Assembly (NCBI GenBank): GCA_002269645.1
Contig: NIVC01003726.1
Location: forward strand, 1-64,000
Length of the DNA stretch: 64,000 nt
Origin: Macrostomum lignano
Taxonomy: Eukaryota
Reading direction: 5' to 3'
Shown: positions 55,484 through 64,000 of the stretch, in pieces
How positions within the stretch are numbered: the first letter of the stretch is position 1
Layout: every line of letters starts with the position of its first letter
The notes under the pieces: model-generated
What the model was told of the DNA's origin: nothing
Database searches by the model: none
The model's input: only the letters and a program-made list of their open reading frames with translations
Position numbers and translations under genes: made by a program

Positions 55484-56659
55484 ATGAACCCGCTGACAAT
55501 CTTGACCTTGACGCTGGTGTCTCTGGGAGCCGCGGTCGTTGCCACTCCGATGCCGCCCGTTCAGTCGTCCATGACTGACGGGGCCAACAAGCTGCAACGG
55601 TGATAGACTGAAACTTTGTTTTCATGGACTACGGGTTATTGCGTTTCTTAGAATTCATTGACTACGGGGCATTGCGTTTCTTAGAATTCATTGACTACGG
55701 GGCATTGCGTTTCTTAGAATTCATTGACAGTGGGGTATTGCTTTTCTTAAAAAAAGAAAAAACTTAACTAATTCGTCTTTTCTAAAAATTGCTGCAAAAG
55801 TTACTATTTTACGAGCTATTTCAACAAAATCAGTGTAGTATCCTTTGCTACATTAATAACAAAAGCACGTTTATAATAAAATGGCAATATTTAACATCCG
55901 CAGCAACAATGCCGCCTTGTATCGGAATCTTCTGCTGCGAACTCGCGACGCTTTGCACACAATCAACGTGGCCGATAAGTAATTTGCTAGCTTGAAATAT
56001 CTGAAACATCTTGCATAAATATACGTAATTTAATGTGTGCCTAACTTAATCTATTGCAGAGATCTGCACAAACTGGCCAACCTACTGGTGCAGGCCCTGT
56101 CTCTGAAGCAGGGCATCAGGCGGCAGGTCACGGCTCTGCGGTAAGCATTTAATAGGCATCTGTGCATCGCTAAGAAGCTGGGTCCGTGTAGCTTGGCGGT
56201 CTAGCGGGTCGCTTGTTTGTTCGAAAGGTTGTGGGTTCGAATCCCATGAATCAAAATAAAAAAAATTCTAAAGATGCTTAATGTATAAACAAGCGGTCTA
56301 GCGTGTCTCCCTTCTATGCCGAAGGTCCTGGGTTCGATTTCAAACTCGCCAAATTTAATAAGAAGCATCATCGAGAAAGCCGCGGGGTTGCTAGCTCTTC
56401 TGTGACTAAGGTCCGGGCTTCGATTTCATTCTTTCAGTTAAACTTAGCGAAAAACTTCATTGGGAAAGTTTGGCTGTTCGGAAGGTCGCGGGTTCGATTT
56501 CCATATGGGAAAAATACAAAGAATCCCCAACCTACGCACGGCAGCAAGCGGGCCTGCGGTGTCCTGGACCTCGGCGGTCATTGCGACGCTGAGTATGGCG
56601 CCGAGCTGCTGGACCAGATCAACCACATGCTGAAGCCCGGCGGCCCGGGACGCCGGTGA
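55484..56659 (+). CDS. Calcitonin-type neuropeptide precursor, 103 aa, 3 coding exons
   Basis: Exons 55484-55599, 56060-56140 and 56545-56659 give MNPLTILTLTLVSLGAAVVA (signal-peptide-like), a propeptide, KR, ACGVLDLGGHCDAEYGAELLDQINHMLKPGGP, then G-RR-stop. Confidence 0.85.
55626..55745 (+). repeat. 33-bp repeat, about 3.5 copies, in neuropeptide intron 1
   Basis: GACTACGGGGCATTGCGTTTCTTAGAATTCATT. Confidence 0.85.
56181..56510 (+). repeat. Four degenerate tRNA-like (B-box-bearing) units in tandem within neuropeptide intron 2
   Basis: Recurring AAGGT..GG(G/C)TTCGA(A/T)T(C/T)C at about 56225, 56322, 56410 and 56485; GCGGTCTAGCG in units 1 and 2. Confidence 0.6.
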
Positions 56660-57316
56660 AGTTAAAGTTGAAGCGATGATGCAAATAAAATCGGTTGCAA
56701 AATATTTTGACCTTCAAGATCAATGAATCATAGAAGTTTGAGCGAATAAAAATTTTAACTAAATAAGCGAACTTCGTAGCATTGAAGCATATACCGACCG
56801 ATATATTTTCCTTTCTTTGCTACAAAACAATAATTTTTCGATATTGCTACTTGGCAGTAAAGAAGTCCGCATATTACGAGCGTATTTTCACAGTTTTCGC
56901 CAGAATCCAGAAGCTGGGATTTCAACAGGCTCAGTCAGACAGCCGCGGCCAAGTGGTTAATTTTCAGATATCGGCCAATCTGACGGCATGAGTGGAGCCA
57001 TGAATAGTCGATGAAGACGCGCTGGCTGGAAGCGAGGCGTTGCACCGCAGCATCAGGCGAATCTCTCCATCACTTGAGAACTCATTTCTCTTATCTGCTG
57101 TTTGATGATGGGCAGAGAAGCTGGGCGGCTGAGAACTTTCATGCAGTCAATTTTGGACGACTAAAACTATCCAGCATTCTGCTCTGCGGATCACCCTGAC
57201 ACCAATAAAATGCTGAGATTGGCTCTCCATCGGGAACTGCTGAGCTCGGAGCTCAGATTTGTGCCATGCTGCATCTGCAGCTGATGGAGCTGGGCTGCTG
57301 TGGGCTCTGGGGTTGG

Positions 57317-59440
<2,124 letters not shown>

Positions 59441-59835
59441 AATTTTACTGTCAGGGACAGCCAAAGCTACAGTACAGGGGGCTGAGGTCCTGAGCACACT
59501 TATGCACATGCAGATGTTATTCCACTATGACTCATAGACATTTCCAATCGAAGGTGATTTATGGGCCCAAACAATGTGAAACCGATTGGGTGCAATAAAT
59601 TTAGTCACTCAGTCACTCACTACACACCTTGCAAATCTTTATAAAATACAGAGCCACTGTCAGGCAGAACTTGAGAGGCACTTGCTGTCTCTCAGCCAAT
59701 CAGCTTCGACCTGGTTCCGCCATTGGTCCTCCTTACCCCAGCAGCAGACTTTTCAACTTAAAATGGTCGCGCAGAACAGCTGAGTTTACCTAGAGAATTC
59801 CAGCACTTTAAATTGTTTAGAAGTTAGAATAAAAA

Positions 59836-62800
59836 ATGGCATCATTTCAACAGCTTCTGCTGCTCCTAGCAGCAGCAACAGCAACAGCTGCAGCAATGGT
59901 CGCATCGCCGACACCGTCGGATGTCGTCCTAGACGAGGAGCTGCCACCGGGCAGCCAGCCCGCCGAACTGCGTCAGGCGTTGATTCAGCGCGGCCTGGAC
60001 AGCCCCGGATGCTGCGTCATGATCCCGCCTCATCCGTACTTCGAGTACACCGCCAACGAGGCCGCGGCCCGCGCCGAGCTGACGGTCAAGAAGCGCCTGG
60101 ACCGCGAGTCCATGTGCCCCGAAGCCGGCCTCTGCTGCAGCTCGGCCGAGCTGATCTGCCAGCTCAAGCTGCACTTCCTCGACCGTCGGCAGTCGGGCGC
60201 ACCCCGGGAGATCGTCCTGACCGTCGGGATTCGTGACATCAACGATCACCGGCCCGTCTTCCCGGAGGCCGAGCGCCGGATTCAGGTCAGCGAGGACGCC
60301 CCGCCGGGTCAGCTGGTCCGCCTGCCGCTGGCTTCCGATCCGGACTCCGACTCCAACTCAGTCAGGGACTACTCGCTGCTGCCGAGGGTCGGTGTCTTCG
60401 GCCTGCGCGAGGACCGGGCCGGCTCTGGCAGGGTGACCCATCTGTCACTCGAGCTGCTGGACAGGCTGGACAGGGAGGCCCAGCCGGTGCACAATCTGAC
60501 CCTGGTGAGAGCCACTGCATCACCCACTCCATCACCCATTGCATCACACACTGCATCACCCACTCCATCACTCACTCCATCACCCACCCCACCACTCCAT
60601 CACCCACTCCATCACCCACTCCAGCACCCACTCCATCACCCACTCCATAACCCACCCCACCACTCTATAACCCACCCCACCACTCCATCACCCACTCCAG
60701 CACCCACTCCATCACCCACTCCATAACCCACCCCACCACTCTATAACCCACCCCACCACTCCATCACCCACTCCATCACCCACTCCAGCACCCACTCCAT
60801 CACCCACTCCATAACCCACCCCACCACTCCATCACCCACCCAACCACTCCATAACCCACCCCACCACAACCCACCCCACCGCTCCATCACCCACTCCATC
60901 AGCCACCCCACCACTCCAAAACCCACCCGACCCCACCACAACCCACCCCACCACTCCATCACCCACCCCACCACTTCATCACCCACTCCATCACCCACTC
61001 CATCACCCACTACATCACCCACTTCATCATCCACCCCATCACCCACCCCATCACCCACCCCATCACCCACCCCATCACCTACCCCACCACACGCTCTATA
61101 TCCCCAGGTTGCCACAGACATCGACGGCCAAAACGCCAGCCTCCGCCTCATCGTGAACGTCACGGACGTGAACGACAACCGGCCGCAGTTCCACCCAACC
61201 GGCCACCGGACTGTCCGAGTTCGCGAGTCCGACCCGGCTGGCAACTGTCCGGTCCAGCTGTCGGCCATCGATCCGGACAGTGGCGAGAATGGCCGAGTAA
61301 TCTTCGAGCTGGACCCGCACCAGCCGGACCTGGCCGCGGTCGATGCCAACTTTCGCGTGTCGCCATCGAGCGGCTTCATCTGCCTTCGTCGGAGTCTGGA
61401 CTACGAGACTAAGGAGATCTTCGAACTGTCCGTCATCGCCAGGAATCCCACGCCGATCAGAGGCGACCCTGGAGCTGGCGGAGCTGGCAGCCGGCTGGCG
61501 ACGGCCACCGTGACGGTGCTGGTTGTTGATGAGAATGATGAGGCGCCCCAGCTGCAGCTGGACTATCTGGATGGGACAGCGGAGGTGTGAACTGGATTTG
61601 GGGTCTTCGGTAATCTAAAAAGTCCACAATGAATAAACTGTTACCAATCAGTCGCCAATCAGTCACCAATCAATCACCAATCAGTCACCAATCAGTCACC
61701 AATCAGTCACCAATCAACCACCAATCACCAATAAGTCACCAATCAGTCACCAATCAGTCACCAATCAATCACCAATCAATCACCAATCAGTCACCAATCA
61801 GTTACCAATAACTAATCAGTCACCAATCAGTCACCAATCAGTCATCAATCGATCACCAATAACCAATCAGTCACCAACAAATCAACCCAGGTAACGGAGA
61901 ACGACCGCCGAGGCCACACCTTGGCGGCCCTGCAGGCCACGGACAGGGACCGGGGCGACAACGGCCGGGTGAGCTGCCAGATCGACCAGCCCGACCTGCG
62001 CGACGTCTTCGAGCTTCTGCCCACCGCCGGCTCAGCATCCGCCGGCGCTTCATCCGGTCAGCCGCAGCGCTGGCGATTCTACTTGGGCACCAGAGACGGA
62101 GGTCCCGGACTCGATCGCGAGGCCCACCTGAAACTCGGACCGATGGCGGCTCACCGAGAAGTCGTCCGACTCGACGTAGGCATCGTCTGTCGCGACGGCG
62201 GCCAACCGGCCAATGTCCGGTTCGCCAACGCCTCCGTGCTCATCGGTGACGTCAACGACAATGCGCCAGCGCTGCGGCTGGTCCGGTCTGCCGCTGCCGC
62301 TACAGCAGGCGGCGGTGACAAAGACCTCTTAGCTTCGGCCAGCGTGCCGAGAACCGTCCGCCCGGCTTCCACGTCGCCAAGCTCGACGCTCACGACCTCG
62401 ACTTCGGCGTCAACGGCTCAGTGGCGTTCGCGCTCGATCCGGCTGGCACCGACACTTTGGCGCTGGACGCCTTCGACGTTCGAAGCGATGGCTTGTTGGT
62501 CACCCGACGGACGCTCGATCGAGAGTCGGCGATGCCGCCCATAGACAGCTTCCGGGTAGCCGTGATGGCGCACGACCGGGGCAGCGCCGTCCGGCTCAGC
62601 TCCACCCTGACGCTCCACGTCCGCCTGATCGACGAGAACGACAACGCGCCGGTCATCCTGCCGCTGGCCGGATCTGCGGCGGCGGCCGCCGGCGCCGGGC
62701 TGGAGTTCCGCCTGGCGGAGAACAACAAAGCCGGTGCCGCTGTCGGCCGCCTGCGCGTCGTGGACGCCGACTTCGGACCGGACGAGGCCGACTGGCGACG

Positions 62801-63833
62801 GCGTCGGCGTCGGGTCTCGCTGTCACCGGCGGCGACTTCGAGTTCGACGCCTGGCGGCGGCGCTCGACTGCCGTTTCGAGTGCGGCCGTCGACAGGCCCC
62901 GACCTGGACGAGTTCATCATCGAAGCCACGGACGTGCTGGACGCGGAGCGCCAGGCCGAGTACCGCTTCCTGCTGCTGGCCAGCGACGGTCAGCACTCCT
63001 CCAGCTGCAATGTCACTGTCATCGTCGAGGACGTCAACGACCACCCGCCGAAGATCTTCTATCCTTGCAGCGGCAGCGGCGGCAACCGGAGCTCGAGCTC
63101 CGTCCGCCGCCAGTTGCTGAGGAACCACAGCGTCTCCTGGCGCGAGCCGGTGGGCTACACGGTGCTGAAGGTCAACGCCAACGACGAAGACTTCGACAAG
63201 ACTGGGAACGGCAGGTTCCAGTTCAGTCTGCGGGAGGCCCCGGCCGCCGGACAGTCTGGTGACGCCGTCCGGCCACTGTTCAGCGTCGATCCCGACGGTG
63301 GGCAGATCCGGGTGGCCGCTCGCATGACCGGCCGAGACCGCGGCGTCCGGCGCCTGACGGTGACAGCGACCGACCGAGGACAGCCGCGGCCGCTGGCCAC
63401 CGAGTGCGTCTTCGACGTGACGGTGGACAGCTCGGAGCCGAGAAGCCAAGCAGCCTTGGCGCCGCGTCTCGGCGAAGATGGAGGAGGAAGAGACGGTGGC
63501 GGCGTGTTCACCCAGGTGCCGCCGATGCCACGCCAGAAGCAGCAGTTCGGAGACTCTGTCGTGCTGGCCGTTGTTGGCATTTTCGCGCTGCTGTTGCTAT
63601 TGGCAACGGTGCTGCTGCTGCTGTACGCCAGGCATTGGCACGCGGCGCCGGGCTTCCTGCCAGACGTGCTGGGCGCCTGCTTCGGCAGGAGGGAGCAACG
63701 GAGCCAGGCGGGCCGTGGCGGCGGCGGTGGCCGCGGCCGCAAGTCCGCTGAATCTGCCGAGGCTGCTGGAGCGGCCTTTCTCGGGGTCAAGTCGGGTCAG
63801 CCGGATCAGCTGAGATCCAGGCCGCTCAGTCAG
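59836..63833 (+). CDS. Protocadherin with 7 EC domains (delta1-like), TM and partial cytoplasmic tail; 1-nt frameshift near 62347; continues beyond the window
   Basis: Signal peptide; exons 59836-60504, 61108-61584 and 61891-63833. Repeated DRE/DYE, DxNDNxP and AxDxG motifs; EC1 DRESMC..CC; TM SVVLAVVGIFALLLLLATVLLLLYA; donor CAG|GTTAGT at 63834. Confidence 0.9.
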
Positions 63834-63906
<73 letters not shown>

Positions 63907-63907
63907 G

Positions 63908-63943
<36 letters not shown>

Positions 63944-63944
63944 C

Positions 63945-63983
<39 letters not shown>

Positions 63984-64000
63984 CAGTTAGTTAGTTAGTT
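60511..64000 (+). repeat. Protocadherin intronic arrays: CA-rich about 12-bp (60511-61090), CAATCAGTCAC (61643-61878), (GTTA)n (63834-64000)
   Basis: Each of the three introns carries its own array; the first and last begin at or within about 6 nt of the donor, the middle one about 60 nt after it. Confidence 0.93.

Overview
Eukaryotic (animal) genomic DNA with GC-rich exons, AT-rich GT-AG introns and about 40 distinct tandem arrays covering roughly a third of the window (about 22 kb by manual tally). Gene content and repeat style suggest a lophotrochozoan, plausibly a free-living flatworm such as Macrostomum (inference only). Most long ORFs in the supplied track are repeat artefacts. Manual splice reconstruction gives these genes: an intronless peptide-type class A GPCR (+); tRNA-Gly(TCC); a decayed THAP/P-element transposon with a nested non-autonomous element; an 18-exon WD40 gene (-) head-to-head with CFAP276/C1orf194 (+); a 6-exon tetraspanin (-); a divergent PDE9-like phosphodiesterase (+); two MITEs with 8-bp TSDs; an RBM33-like RRM gene (+); a 3-exon calcitonin-type neuropeptide precursor (+) that the ORF track misses; and a 7-EC protocadherin (+) with a 1-nt frameshift that runs off the window. 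The best leads are the calcitonin-like prepropeptide (with a tRNA-like array in its intron), a candidate micro-exon membrane-protein gene at 11.2-12.5 kb, and the repeated placement of tandem arrays just after splice donors.
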